This document shows positions 50,640 through 64,000 of a stretch of 64,000 bases of DNA, piece after piece. How positions within the stretch are numbered: position 1 is the stretch's first letter; each line of letters starts with the position of its first letter. The stretch is from Antedon mediterranea. Its lineage: Eukaryota; Animalia; Echinodermata. The translations under genes and the position numbers were made by a program. Below the pieces are notes generated by a model, which worked only from the letters and a program-made list of their open reading frames with translations, did no database searches and was not told where the DNA came from. The DNA lies in assembly GCF_964355755.1 (NCBI RefSeq), contig NC_092678.1:7022422-7086421 (forward strand), given 5' to 3'.

Positions 50640-53600
50640 TTATTGTCCGAATTTATCAGACCAGGTGCGAGACACCTGTTGTGAACTCAGTTTTCGTTTG
50701 CTTTCCTGAAGTAGCTGTTGCCGCATTTCTAGCAGTCTGCTAAACATCTTTGGCGTCTCAAACTCAAGTGTCGGATTATTAAATTTTGTTCTTGAACGAC
50801 TTCTTAGATTATACCTCCCAGTGGACATACTTACCTATTGTAAATAAAATTGATTTTATAATATATAATAAAAATGATTTTACTGAAGATACTGCAGTAA
50901 CTAAATTGTATAAATACCTCTTTAACCGGTTGATGCAATTATTTAGCAAGCATTTATGTGGAGTAATCACACACATGTTTATTGCCGTGCATGTGCCTAC
51001 TTATACATTGAAAGAAAGTAAAATTAACTACATACTTCATAGTTTAAAAAAATATATAGTAAATTTAATTTTCATCCATTTATGGAAATTCCATTGCTTG
51101 CATTTATCAATATCATATAACTGTTAAATACGGCTGAATAAGATGCCAGTTTATGGTCAATTGCATAGTCATGCATGGCTATGATGCCTGGTTGCAGCGT
51201 GTCATATCAAAGCCAAAAAAGTGATTTACTAAAGAAATTATAATCATGTTTACAATTCATTATTTTATACAACTATATCAGTAAGAACGTACAGAAAAGA
51301 AGGCTGGTATTTATTTTATTTTTTATTTTTATTTTATTCAATCGAAACCAACAGCGATAATTACCGCCACTAACAGGTTTGATACAAACAAAGCCAGGTA
51401 CAGTATGGTCACCTGCTCCATTTAAATGAAACACACCAGCTAATATCGCACTCGGACAAGCTCAGAGAAAGACCAAAAGGAAGACCAAAGACAACATGGA
51501 TTGCAAACATCAAAAAAGAAACAGAACAGAGTGGCGAACACATGTGAGACGCGCAATGTCTAATGATGATTAGCAAGATATCATTTTATGTTTTGAAAAA
51601 ATGTTTATCATTTATGTCATAAAGTAATTGTCCATTCTCCTCAAACTAATCAACACAGAACTTTATTTATAGCACCATGTTACAAGGAATCAGAAATTGT
51701 AACGTCAATGAAATACTCTCTATTTTTAGCATACAGAAACAGGGTAATTTCAGGGTTTATTACATGACATTCTTTAAAATTAATGGAAATACATTTGTAC
51801 ATTAATCGTTTCTTTTTATTAGCTAACAGAGGAATTAAAACTGACTTGTTCAGAGCAATGTTCTAAAATGCTAACTATCTATAGACTAACACATGTTGGA
51901 CTAAAGGTTCTCAAACCTATTAAATGAGAATTTCCTTTCTATAAGACATCCTGAACCTATTTTTACATTTTTATGACCCAAGTCATTAATGTGGTCGAGA
52001 CTTTAAGGGCCTGTTCAGACAGAGAGATTTATGCTTCGTATTATATGCAGCGTACAACTCCATACGGTAGGTCTGAACCAGGAAAAGATTAACGGAAGCC
52101 ACCTCTTACATACTACACTGGTTTTTTGTTTGTTACGACAGCTTTAGTTAGTGAACAACTCTTACAATAAAAAAAATGTCATGCATCAACGATTTAATCT
52201 TGCACCCAAATCTGTGACACTTCAGAAAGTGAATAGTTAATCGAGTCTGAAAACTTTGCTGTTCAGAAGCGCACCTTCATGGATCTGAACATACTGTGTA
52301 TCCATAGATTACTTCAGTACTACTGTTTGTCAGTACAATACAGCCATAATGCGTTAAAACACTGGTTCTTATCAGATCATGATCACCAACGTTAAGCAAC
52401 ATAGGACCGGGTTTGAGCCCATCTGCTGTGCCATTTCGATTTTATCCTAAACAAAATACATTGCCTTGTCCTACGGATATACATTAAACCTAATCCAAAT
52501 GTCCTCAGTTTCCAGTTTAAGCTTAAGGATAATAAATACTTGCACCTTTACTTTAAAAATTTCGAGAAAAGGTAACAATAAATATTTGTACATATTTAAC
52601 TGTCATGTCAATTCTATGGAGTATGATACATTTATGATATTTGTAACAAATTAGAAATTTTAACTTACGAAACCTATGATATCTGTGAACGCGCAAAACC
52701 CCAATAGAAATTCAACAAAAATGTGCATACCAGAATTCTCCAGACTTGCAATAAGTCAAAAAAATATATTCATTCACGGACCAAATATTTGGAACCCGCT
52801 CTATAAAACCAAAATCCTAATAATGTTAAAAAGAAACTAAAGAAATGATATTGAAGATACTAAAAAAGAGGGGGAAAAATAAACAAAAAACATTAGGCCT
52901 ATTACACTGAGATGATCATGATCGGTATAGTGCTTCCAGGGGACAAACAGGGTTCATCCTGTTTTTTTTCCCTTTTATACCTCACCTGTGGTAGTCACTT
53001 TGATTGTTGGTGGCGCTTATGTTCGTCACTATTAAGTAGAGGGGAATTTCCCCTTTTCCCCACTGGGGAATGCCTCACCGAAGTTTCTGACCAGTCGTCC
53101 CATGTTTTTTTGTACATAATTTTCTCTCTTTTTTATGAATGTTGTCTGGCATGTATTATGTTCCAAACTGACAAACACCCACTCCTTTTGGTATATTGTA
53201 AATGTAATTGTGAATAAATATATTCTCTAATTTGTTTTTTTTAAATTTTAATAAGACAACTTCAAAGAATCATTGCATAAGAGTATTGAAAGTGGTTAAT
53301 AAAACATTATATTATAATAACATTTGCTCTTTTAAATTATAACAAAATGAGAGGTACATGAGATCACAAGATTGCGAGCATGTACCTCTCATTTTGTTAT
53401 AATTTAAAAGAATAAATAATTCAACAACTTGTATTTAAAGAATACATTATAAATTGTATGAATTGTATGTTATAAAAAATAGATCATTTTGTTATAATTT
53501 ATAGGTCCTCACATGACATGACATTGCCTACTGGGACAAAAGCCTGCTGGCACTCAGACAATTGGACTGCGTGATTGGGGTCTACATAATTGTTACGAAC

Positions 53601-56600
53601 CTTTAATATCAACAGCTTGATACATTACTAATGTATTGATCAAACAACATCAGATAGCCGAGTTTTCCCTATTCTGACGCAATTGCAGTTTGAGACCACT
53701 TTGCAAAAAAGGTAATTCTCAAACCAAACGAAAAAAATACATTATGTGGCTCAAATCAAGCTTTGCGGTAGTCTAGGAGGTGGAACAATAGCAGTGACCT
53801 GGAGTCCCACCTGAGATTCACTTGAAGCTATGTTTTTTTGAGAATCTGAGGTTTCAATGTGCTACATTAGTTTAATTACAATGATGTTTTAAATAGTACA
53901 ATAGTCAATGGTCAGAACGCATAGTCAACAATTTTCGCATGAGCATGTAAACTAAATTTAACGGATGACATCAACTATCTACTCATTTGCTTGACAGTGT
54001 AGATCAGCAATACAGCTGTGTAATGTACTTTGTTTGTTTTGATTTCAGGAAGTGTAGAACACATGTATCGTGCACAAAATTACATACATATTCACTAAAA
54101 CAATCATAAATTGCCTTGATAAAAACTAAAACTACCTACAGTAGGCATTTTAAAACTTGAATAAACTTGGGTAATAAATAGTTTATTGCGATAAGTTTAA
54201 AAAAAAATATTTATTGATTATTCTGTAACCCTTCAGTTAACATTTTCAAACATTGATCGTATTGACTATTTTTCAGAAATAAGGTATTTCATATATACTT
54301 GCACACACGCAGATTAATATGTTTACAAAGTGGGGCAGAGCTTGAGCGTTGCATTTTGTTAAATAGTATTAAAGTTAACGTTTACTTGTAAAAAACTGCC
54401 TCTAGAAATTCTTTATTGTTCAATATTCATAAAATAAAAAATTGGAAATTTTTAATAATTTTTTAAAACACAGGATCATGAAAGGGTCTCCTGTCCCCAA
54501 GCCTATATTACTTTGCTTTGCCCTCACCCCTGAAAATTTCAATCTGCATGCCCCTTTCCGGTTTGAACTAGATTACTCTTTTTTCTACAATGCTTGTAGT
54601 GATTAAAATTAATAGTTTGGACCAGCAGCACTAATTGACTGCTGGATTTACTTGCCCCAAGGAGTATGTATTTTATTCCATATATGGTAATGCGTGATTC
54701 TAATTCTAGTTTGTTCCTGAATCAAATATAAAAAGAGTTCATTCTATCATTTGCATTTGTGTTTCTATTTTTAGAATAGAAATATGACCTTCCTTTATTT
54801 GACCTTGACTTCATAATTAGGATGCTTTTTATTATTAAGTGAAAGCATGGAGGTAATCATGTTCAGAGAGATAGCCTTTAGATTGGTTTCTTAAACATTA
54901 AAGGTGTTTTTTAAAGGCACTATTCCTACATTTTTTTGTAAAAATAATGCATATTATTTAAAAACATTAAACCAGGTCATTCCTAATGCATTTTCTACTC
55001 GTACAGGACTTAGATTGTAGACAATGTTAATGTACGAACAGCGTACGCTATCTATAAGCCTATAGCCTAGCTCAGTGCTGAAATAATTTTTTTTTTGGCA
55101 GAATCCGTTAATAAAAACTGCGCATACTTTAAGTTGTATTTTTGAATAAAATACACACACAGCTACTGTAGAGTTACCCATGCAGACTTCCCAACTCCTA
55201 AATCTGTTGAGACGTGCTTTGTAGCACACACACACGTTATTTTGTTTTAAAAAACCATTTCCAAAAGACAAAGCCTGCAGAATCATGTTGTACTCAGTAA
55301 AACATGATCATTTATTTTAATGAATTGATATGGTGTTTATTTAAAAAATGCTATTTTAAACATTTTTATTTTGATTTAAATTTAAATACTAATACAGAAC
55401 CTTTTTAAATACAATTAATATATTATTATTTATTTTGGATTAAAAGGTTGCCACCGAATAACTTCTTTTAACAGATCTTGTAATTATTTACTGTATACAA
55501 AATTATTTTAATAGCTCATTAGCAATGTAAACATTTTAGCTTATATTAATAATTAATTCCTGGTATCAGAGCAGTAGTCAGTGTTCTCCCGAAAGCTGGT
55601 TTTACTACCAGCAAGATTCAACAGAATAAATTACTCCTAAACCTGTATTCAAAATAAGTGTACTAAGAAAATAACCTAAAATAAACATGTTTACTTGGTA
55701 CAGTAGACAAGGACATTAAAACTAACAAAGCCATTTAAAGATGTATTGTCCCACAAAAACTTGAAAAATGAGGATTAATTAAATCCGATTTTGAATGTTA
55801 TTTTGTAGTTTTAATAAAGTTAATCACTTCCGTAGAAAAAAAACGAGAAAAAATAATGTTTTCACTTATAAAATAACATGATAAATGGTTAAATTCAACC
55901 AAAAATCCATTGGCTGGCAGCCAATTTGAACAATTTTTGCTTTAAATTCCTTTTTTTTCAGGTAAATAATTTTTTTTTCGATCCAATTTTTGGTCGAAGT
56001 CAATAACTATTATGTGACATTAAAATGGCATATTTAACAAAAATATTTAAAAAAAAATATTTTTCAGGGGGACAATATATCTTTAAAAAACATTATAAAG
56101 AGCAATTGGCACGACAGAGCAACAAAAAAGCTTAAAATGCAAAACAAAACTCATTGATGGAAATGGCTCGGACATGTGCTAAGGAAACCAGCAGACAACA
56201 ATCTCAGTATTTGGTAGTTAATATATTTAAGGTTGAGGATTGTATGTTTAATAAATATCAATGATTTTTTCACATCTGCAAATGTAACAATTTGTAACGA
56301 GGTTTGCATAGTGTGAAGACAATTTTGTGGAAAATCTTCTGAGATTTCACAGGGGACCCTGTGAATTCTCGGAATAAAAACACACCAACAAGAGGCCTGT
56401 GTTTTTGTTCCGAGGTGTTCAGAGTTCTCACTGCATGTATTGCCTTGATATTAACTGACCTATCATAGCGTGCAACTATTCTTTCCTCCCGAGATTTCAC
56501 AAGAAAGAAAACGTGTACCGGTAGTAAGTAATCAAACCTGGTTACAACTTGTTACAAGTTGTAACAATGTATGTGGATGTGAAAAGGGTATTACTATTAC

Positions 56601-59600
56601 TGTATGTGTATATATACACAAATTTTGAGAAAGTTTGCTGTAAATGTATTGGAAATATTATTTATCTTTTTATATATTTCATCATACTTCAAGAGCGTGA
56701 GCTGATTGTATGAGGCCCTCAACAAGACAAAAAATAAATAATAAAAGGTAAAATTAAGATATTATATACAATTAAATCTAAAAAAAGCGATAAAAAACTG
56801 TTAATAATAAAACTCAAAAATTACAAAAAAGTTTACCGTAATTCATTTTCAATTTAATTACTGGAATACTTACTTGATTTTTAGGACGCTTTTCTTTCTT
56901 TTTATTTCCGGATATTAGATTAGTAGTATCAGCAACAAAATCTAAAAATTGAAAAACAAATATCAAAATAGAATACTGAAAATATAGAGTATATTTGTAA
57001 ACTTTCAATTTCAAACTAAAAGAGATGATAGGCCTACATTCTAAAAATCTATACAGATCTGAAATAAAAAATTATGTCCACCATTCAAAACAAAAACACT
57101 TATAAAATGTGTAACAATATGTTTAAGGAATTTAGTTGTAAATTAAGTCAATATAATTACTATTACCTTATGACATGTTATTAACATACAGTACATATTA
57201 TGTAATAAAAAATAAAATCAAACATAGAGGGCAGTAGACATATTTAGTAACTTCTCAGAGGTAATTAAGAATTAAAAAATTACTCAAAAACATAACAATA
57301 AAACTGATTCAGTATTTATTCATTCAGTCAAACCCTTAAGTGGTAAAGCATTGATTTCCAAAGCGATTTATGTCTGGAAACTGTTGTTTGTTGAATTGCC
57401 GAATTTTAGTCCAAAAGTAACAATCTATAAATGGCTTTCATTTCACAGAATAGGGCCCGTTTATGCAACACGCTAAATTTACACGCATCGACATTGTATA
57501 AACAGAAATGGATTCCGTGTAATTACTATACCATCTGGAAAGGCTACTTGTAAAGACTACTTGACGACCAGCCAAATTTGGCTGGTTGGAGTAGCTGAAG
57601 TAGCCTTTTTAAGTAGCCTCGGGGGACAAGTTGACCTCTCCAATGTAATAAATTATTACTAACCAGCTTTCATCTGATATTATGTCATCTCCATGGTAAT
57701 AATCAACAGCCTAGCCTATGCCTACAGTATTCAGGAAGGACTGATACCAAAAGATGTACTAGGCACTTTAAAAGTGCACATGAATCAGATGTGTACACTG
57801 GACCTACAGTTTATAGTCCTTAGCAGAGAAGACTCATTCTACCACTAGAATCATGGAGCGAGTGAGCCTCACACCTTGGCCGAATTTATGGCTACAGTAC
57901 GTATAATGGTTCCACTGTCTTAACCGCTCGGCCACTCACTAACTAAAAACAAAAGTTCTGCAAAATACCCACCTGATATCCTAGAGGAGAGGTTCAGTAT
58001 ATGACTACTATCAAGAACTGATGTTGGATCTTCCATCGACTGAGGAGCAGTCTGAAAACAGACCGTTGTATCGTCCGAGTCATTGCTGCCATCTGATGGT
58101 ATATACGTGTAGTCCAGTTCTAAGGTGTCATCCAAGTGATCAATGCGGTCTTCAAAATCTGAAACATACAAGAGAGGATAGTTAACATGAACTTTCAAAC
58201 TGACAACAATGTTTCGCAATTTGTTCTGCCTACTGTTCTGCCTGAAGCGTGGTTCCCACTAGCAACACAACGCACAAAACGTACTAAAATGCCCTTCCGA
58301 TAATTGTGTTTGCTTCCACCTTCGAGAAATCAAACCTGCTTGGTTGCGCATCATTGTTAGTTGCCGTAGAATTTGACCTGGTTCACTCCAAATACTTGAT
58401 TATGCACTGTACTATTCCTTTATTCATGCATTGTGTTGCGTGAAATTCAACAAATATTACTTCTCATAGCAAAGTTGACAGCACTGTTGTCGGTTCCACT
58501 TGTGATTACACAATACGGCACTTTGCGTCAAAACGTGGGATTCGCGCGTAAGTGTGCTTGCTTATATTTTATAATGCAGAGGATGGCAAATATTACTGTA
58601 CAATGTAAATGCATGTTCATTATTCCATGAATTCAGTTTGTTGATGTACAAATCCAGTAATTTTAAAAAGGGGTCACCTTTATGGGACCCAACAAAATGT
58701 TCTCTTCTTAAGAGGTGTACCCTTAATACTGTATGGGTGTCACTGAAGAGGTTGGCTGTAGTATCAAAAATTACTTCGAAAGTGTCCTCTTATTAGCGGT
58801 GTCCCCTGAATAAAGGTTCCTCTGAATAGGGGTTTCCGAATGGACAGGAACTATTTCAGCCCTGTATTAAAGATTGTAGAATTTTACCATTGTATATTAT
58901 GTGAATCTTATTACGAAAAACAGGTATTCCAAAAAAAGTGATTTTACAGTCGGAGTATAATGGCATAATTGCCGTTACCTGTCGGAGAGTTTGGGCAACT
59001 GTCCACTGCTGTATAATTGATTGCACGACTGAATGAGGAATTGGAAGTAATTGTTGGTACCATTGTTGATGAGGAGGATGCAATACGATGTAAACTTGGT
59101 GGCTCAATAGATGGATGTGATGTAGAGTCTGTACAAAACATTAAAAAAGATAATTAGCTCTATCTTGTGTAATGACAACGTGATTGGTCTAAATGTGAGA
59201 GTGCTAAAAAAATATATTATATCGCCCTAGAGGGAAATAAGAAGAAAAACATTTTATATACAGATTTGTAATTTGACGAGTTAGGTTATCCGCGCAAAAG
59301 CAATATAGGCACGTTTGTTAGAATGCGTACAGAAATTGATTATGCCAAAATGAAACATGAAGACAATTTCAAAAGATAATTGCCTGAACAAGAACAGAAT
59401 TCCATTCTGGTTGCCAGATGTAGAATTAGGCATTAGTGTAAAAAATAGTACCGTTCACACACTATTTTATAATTCCGATTCCATACAAAAACGTATGGGT
59501 CACGGTGAACCAGAGTTTTCTCTAGACTCTGAAATGAATATAGGCTCAGTGTTTAACGTAGCTAAACTTACGGATACGCTGGAATTCTTTGCGTAACTCT

Positions 59601-62600
59601 GTTGTTTCTTGTTCTATCTTTAACAAAAGTTTATTGTTTAATTTGTTATAGTCTTTATACCAATAAATGAATCCCATCCAGACTAATGCCGCTAATGTAC
59701 AAAATATCTTTCTAGACATCCACATCCTGTGGTATAACATATCCTGCAAGATGAAACATTCTGATCCTTTTTAATACTGTACTAATGTTTGATGTGTAGA
59801 CAGAGCTTTAGGTTAACATATTCTTTAAGCACAAAGTTAATAACAAACTGAAGTATTTCAACACCTAAGGCCACACATAGAGGACCCAAAAAAAGTTATT
59901 ATGGATTTTCCCTGAATAGGGATTGGTCCTTGCGTTTCAGTTCACTTAATAGGGATGTCCCAGAGAAGGTGTTCCTGTGGTTTAAATATAAGTTCTGATA
60001 CAGTACAGTATCATTAGTAGTTCCACCTTATTGAGGACAAACATTCAGTCCCAATAAAGTGTGTCCCCTTTAATAAATAGGAGTGTCCCCTTTAATACAG
60101 TAAATAGGAGTGTCCACCCTATTTTAGTTTTAACAATGTAAACTGTGTAAAACCGCAGTTGAACATAATGTAATAACTATTAAAGAAACCGAGGTTGAAA
60201 GAATAACCCAATACAACTACTTAGGTACTATAATTGACAACAAATTAAAATGGGAGTCAAACTCTCTCATGATTTCCAAGAAGGCATCTCAAAGGCTCTA
60301 CTATCTCAGAAAATTCAAGCAAATTAGAGTTGATAACACTATTTTAATTCTATTTTATCAAAGTAATATTCAAAGTATTTCATCTTTTAGTATTGGATGT
60401 TTTTATGGTAACTTTACTGAAAATGATAAGAAAAATATTGAGAGACCACGTAAAATTGCACAACGTATTATTAAAGCTGATCTAACGCCTTGTTCATTTA
60501 TCTATGAAAAGAGTATTTAAAAAAAAGTAAACAATATTATGAAAGACCCCACTCATCCGTTACATTACTGTTATAACTTAAATAGATCATGCATTAGGCT
60601 ACGACCTCCAAGAGCAAATCTTTGTAGAACTAGGAAATCCTTCGTTGTAAATAGCATTCATATTTTTAATTCTAATGTAAGACGTTAATGCAATTTTTAA
60701 TAGTTTTAAATTTTTAACAGTATTTTTAACTTTTTATCTTGTATTTTTAATCTGTTATAATACTGCACGTTTTTAAATTGTTGCAATATTGTTGTTTTAA
60801 TCTACCAAGCAAAGTGAATTTCCATTTTTATGGACAAATAAAATTTCTTGAATCTTGAATGCAAAAAAAATACACAACCAATCACAGGTAAGGAAATAAG
60901 TTATCATGTGTTTATGAGCACTCATGCATATCAAACAATAAAAAACATTTGATTCAACATTCAACAAAAATGAAAAACGGACTCAACTATTCCCTACCTG
61001 TTCCAGATTTGTAGAATAATAAAAAATCAATCTTTCTATAACTCCATTTATAACGAGTAGTATAAAGATCCATAATCGAGCTCCACTTGACCTTGATGTA
61101 GAGGTCAACATATAAGCAACCGCTGCAGCCAAGACATAGAACAAAAGGCTATGAAACGAGGTGAACTCCCCCAGAATGACCTTCTGTACATTCGAAACAC
61201 GCTGAAATGTTTCTTCAAACAATTGTTTCTGTTCTTTCGTGCTTATTTTCATGTCATCGAAAACCCTTTGAAGGTCTTCGCTAGATTGATGTAAAATTGT
61301 TCGTAAATATTCTTCATTTTTCATTATCGCTTCCTGATTGGATAATGACTGGCTCTGTCGTTGCATCATTTTGTCTTGCAATTCGCTAGTGGTTTCCAAT
61401 TGATCCGCAACATTCTCAGAACTAACTGCCAAGCGTGATACAGTATTTTCGGTTCTCTCATGCCATATTTGGTTCTGTAGGAAAAAGCAGATGTTCTGTG
61501 TATGGGTGAAAAACTCTGTGTAGGCGTTGAATGCGATGATATCGTTCCTCATCAATGCTAGACAATCGGAAATTGGTTGATTTTCGTCGCATTCGTAAGG
61601 CTGAATCTGAGCTTTTTGGAGGTGACAGTTTGTAAAAATTAATGCAAGCCGACTTTGTTCATCATCCGTTAAATGCTTACAACCTACAAAATAAAAATTA
61701 CAGAAATGTTCAATATTGCATTCATTAATAAATACCGTCTAAATTCTATATTCTAATGCAGTTACTGTAAACAGTAAATACATTATACTGCAATCAAATA
61801 TGATTTCATATTTGTTTCAGAAGTTTTATGGCAGTCAATTATGTTATGGCAACAACAGTTTTGTTTATGATGAAATAGAAAACATGGTTCCTTAAATTGA
61901 TAATTACTGTTGTATACTGCACACATGTTGCCTGCTGGAAGTATTATAAAAGAGATATTTTTTCTCAAATGATTGTATTTGAAGAAAATAATTAATAATT
62001 CTGTGAGAAAAATATAATTCTCAAGGGGATATAAAAATTGGGGTATAAAATTGTATATGCCAGGGGTAAGTAGTACTGGTGGTGGGTGGTTGGGTTGGTG
62101 GGTTAAGGTACATAGTTGTGGATGATCATTGGGGGATGGGGGTTGTTTCAGTTCATTGGCGTTCCCTGTGGTTTTGTGTGTTTCGTTGGTGTTCTCTATC
62201 GTTCGTTGGGGTAAATATGGTAGGACCAGTCAGATGGGATAAGCAAGCAATAAAGCACATGAATGGTTACATGTCAAAGTTCAAACTGGACAGAGCAGCA
62301 GAGAGATTTTTCTGAAATAGTAATAAAATATTAAATTAATAACAATAATTGACAATATCAACATTATTTAAAATGTCAATGGTCACTAAGACAGATTGTC
62401 CACATACCCACTTGAACCTCTTTAATGGCAGATGTCCAGCAATGTCCATACCGCGGGTTCTCGCTCTCTGTTTGCAGCCTTGCCAATTGGCTTCGACCCT
62501 CTCCGTACCGCTGCACTTTGGCTTCATTCAATTCAAAGGCCGGGTAACTTTTCGTTTCGCTTCTATCATTTTCTGGGGCTTGTGAATCAAAACTTTTCGT

Positions 62601-62702
62601 CGTTTGTTGGCATTCAATTGGTCGAAAAAGTATAGTAATTACTAAACACGCTGTAACTCGATAACCACCCTTGTAACACGTATTTTTTAATATAAAATTC
62701 AT
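50640..62702 (-). CDS. bmb: Protein brambleberry-like (Kar5/Gex1/Brambleberry nuclear-envelope fusion protein); 7 exons, about 583 aa
   Basis: Exons 62702-62408, 61683-60998, 59743-59572, 59128-58979, 58158-57973, 56941-56874 and 50834-50640. All GT-AG and phase-consistent, 1752 nt. Signal-like N-terminus, Cys-rich domain (CWTSAIKEVQVGCKHLTDDEQSRLALIFTNCHLQ...YEC...DCL...FNAYTEFFTHTQNICFFLQ), coiled coil, three hydrophobic segments, Ser/Asp-rich tail and RYNLRSR. The last two exons are less certain than the first five. Confidence 0.88.
52341..52555 (+). mobile_element. Internally deleted copy of the 5S-derived SINE
   Basis: cagccataatgcgttaaaacactggttcttatcagatca..gttaagcaac (5S-like), plus the tail taatccaaatgtcctcagtttccagttt..cctttac shared with 36150-36216. 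Confidence 0.65.
53328..53411. repeat. Perfect 33-bp-stem hairpin with an 18-nt loop (bmb intron 6)
   Basis: tcttttaaattataacaaaatgagaggtacatg pairs with catgtacctctcattttgttataatttaaaaga. Confidence 0.9.
55739..56082. mobile_element. Non-autonomous DNA transposon with TTAA TSD (Kolobok-like)
   Basis: TTAA|AGATGTATTGTCCC...GGGACAATATATCT|TTAA. Shares cattggctggcagccaatttga with 44279-44534. Confidence 0.75.
57745..57945 (-). mobile_element. Degenerate tRNA-headed SINE in bmb intron 5
   Basis: Box A GTGGCCGAGCGGTTAAGAC and a downstream TAAGGACTATAAACTGTAGGTCC resembling conserved SINE central domains. Confidence 0.55.
60140..60860 (+). mobile_element. Rex1/Babar-like LINE 3' fragment in bmb intron 2
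   Basis: YNYLGTIIDNKLKWESN..SKKASQRLYYLRKFKQ..LFYQSNIQS..CFYGN, then IMKDPTHPLH after a stop. The tail is AATAAA..(CTTGAAT)2. Confidence 0.8.
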
Positions 62703-64000
62703 TTTTTACACGAAAATTTCACCTCTAGGCCAGGCTAGGAACAGCTGAACAGCGCCAGTATTTCAAAATAATTGATTGGTAGTGCGCCCTCAATGTTATA
62801 ATAACAACAACAAACCCGCCACGTGCTTTTCTACGAAGACACAGAGGGGTCTTCAAATATATTACCTAACTTATTGTGATAATTGAAATACAGTATATTA
62901 TTTATTTATTTGGAATTACACCTTTAGATCGGTGGCACACTTAGCACAAAGGTGCATCCTTCACAATATAAAATATAACAATTAACAGAAAAGTAATAAA
63001 AGGCAAAAGCAACTATCATATCCTACCCCCCCCCCCCCAATTTACATCGATATATACAGTCAGTAGATCATTACTTTACACAATGAATACAAAACAAGAT
63101 ATAGTAAAAGTGTATAAAATAAAATAAAATCAGCTGATAAACACAGCTTATTACGAAAAACCCCCAACCCACTTTTATTTCAATTTACTTAATGTAGCAA
63201 TGTAGATAACATAGTTATTGAGTCATATAAACAATCTAAATCCTACTGTTCAGTAATTCAGAAATAATTAGTGTAAATACTAAAAAATTTGAAGTCATCT
63301 TGGTCATCATGTAAAATATCATTACGTCATTATTTTGTTTATCTCGCGCCGCCCATTAAATATACACACTTGAGTTTATCTTATCCAAATCAGTCGTCGA
63401 CAAGCATTATCAGATAAAACAATTTAATTCTTATCTGATAACATTTTTGTAGGTTTTTTTCTGAACTATTTTTTTGTAATGCTAAGTATTATGTTTATAT
63501 TTTTTAATGTATTATATTTGCTTGGGTTGTTTTGTTTATTTATTAAATTATATTAATTTGCAAATTGTTCTAGCCTAGGCCAAGGGAGGGTATGGCTTTT
63601 GTTTGAGTATCGCGATAAAGATTAGAAGAAACTGCTTTGTCTGTCTAACGGGAATGGTGGATGTTGGTCGGTTAGAGGCCTAGGAAATTAAACTTGACGT
63701 AAAAACGTCATACTCCAAATTTTTAAATCTGACATTCATAAAGTATTTCATTTTCATTTTAGGCATATATATGAAAGTTTTGATATTAAGTAAATTTTTT
63801 TTTTTTTTTTTTTTTTTTATAAAAAATTACTAGGACCTAGGCCTAGGTAGGCCTTCTGGCTTAGCTAAACTTTTACAGGCCCTGTGACATTCTGTGTGTA
63901 TGAGAATGATAGAAGGGCCTGTGGATTAGGAGAACCAAGTCCTTATTAGTTGATTATTTTAAATAAAAAGTCGTATAGGCCTAGCCCTCCTACAATAATA

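Noticed and set aside
57920-57972. bmb ending by read-through of exon 5 to the stop at 57920
   Set aside because: The extension runs into a SINE head. The G|GTGGGT donor joins in phase to exons 6 and 7, which supply the RYNLRSR tail.
62760-62830. CCAAT box and CACGTG E-box upstream of bmb
   Set aside because: Plausible promoter elements, but the motifs are short and there is no TSS evidence.

Overview
AT-rich eukaryotic genomic DNA with spliceosomal introns. It is probably from an invertebrate deuterostome such as an echinoderm; this is inferred from the ST8Sia-like genes, a Deu-domain-like SINE and brambleberry. Contents in order: (1) the 3' part of an internally deleted Gypsy LTR retrotransposon with Gmr1-like PR-IN order, an in-frame TGA-CTAG at the gag-pol junction and a 3' LTR; (2) a tandem pair of 4-exon alpha-2,8-sialyltransferase-like (GT29) genes on the minus strand, one intact (340 aa) and one disrupted by a frameshift, a Helentron-type insertion and a nonsense codon; (3) about 34 kb with no gene I can support, filled with Helentron-associated elements, tRNA- and 5S-derived SINEs, MITEs, LINE 3' ends, a foldback element and satellites; (4) a 7-exon brambleberry (Kar5/Gex1/Bmb family) gene on the minus strand (about 583 aa), whose last exon starts with a perfect donor motif directly after the acceptor. 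I found no clearly novel multi-gene system. All gene models and repeat classifications were made by eye, without database searches.
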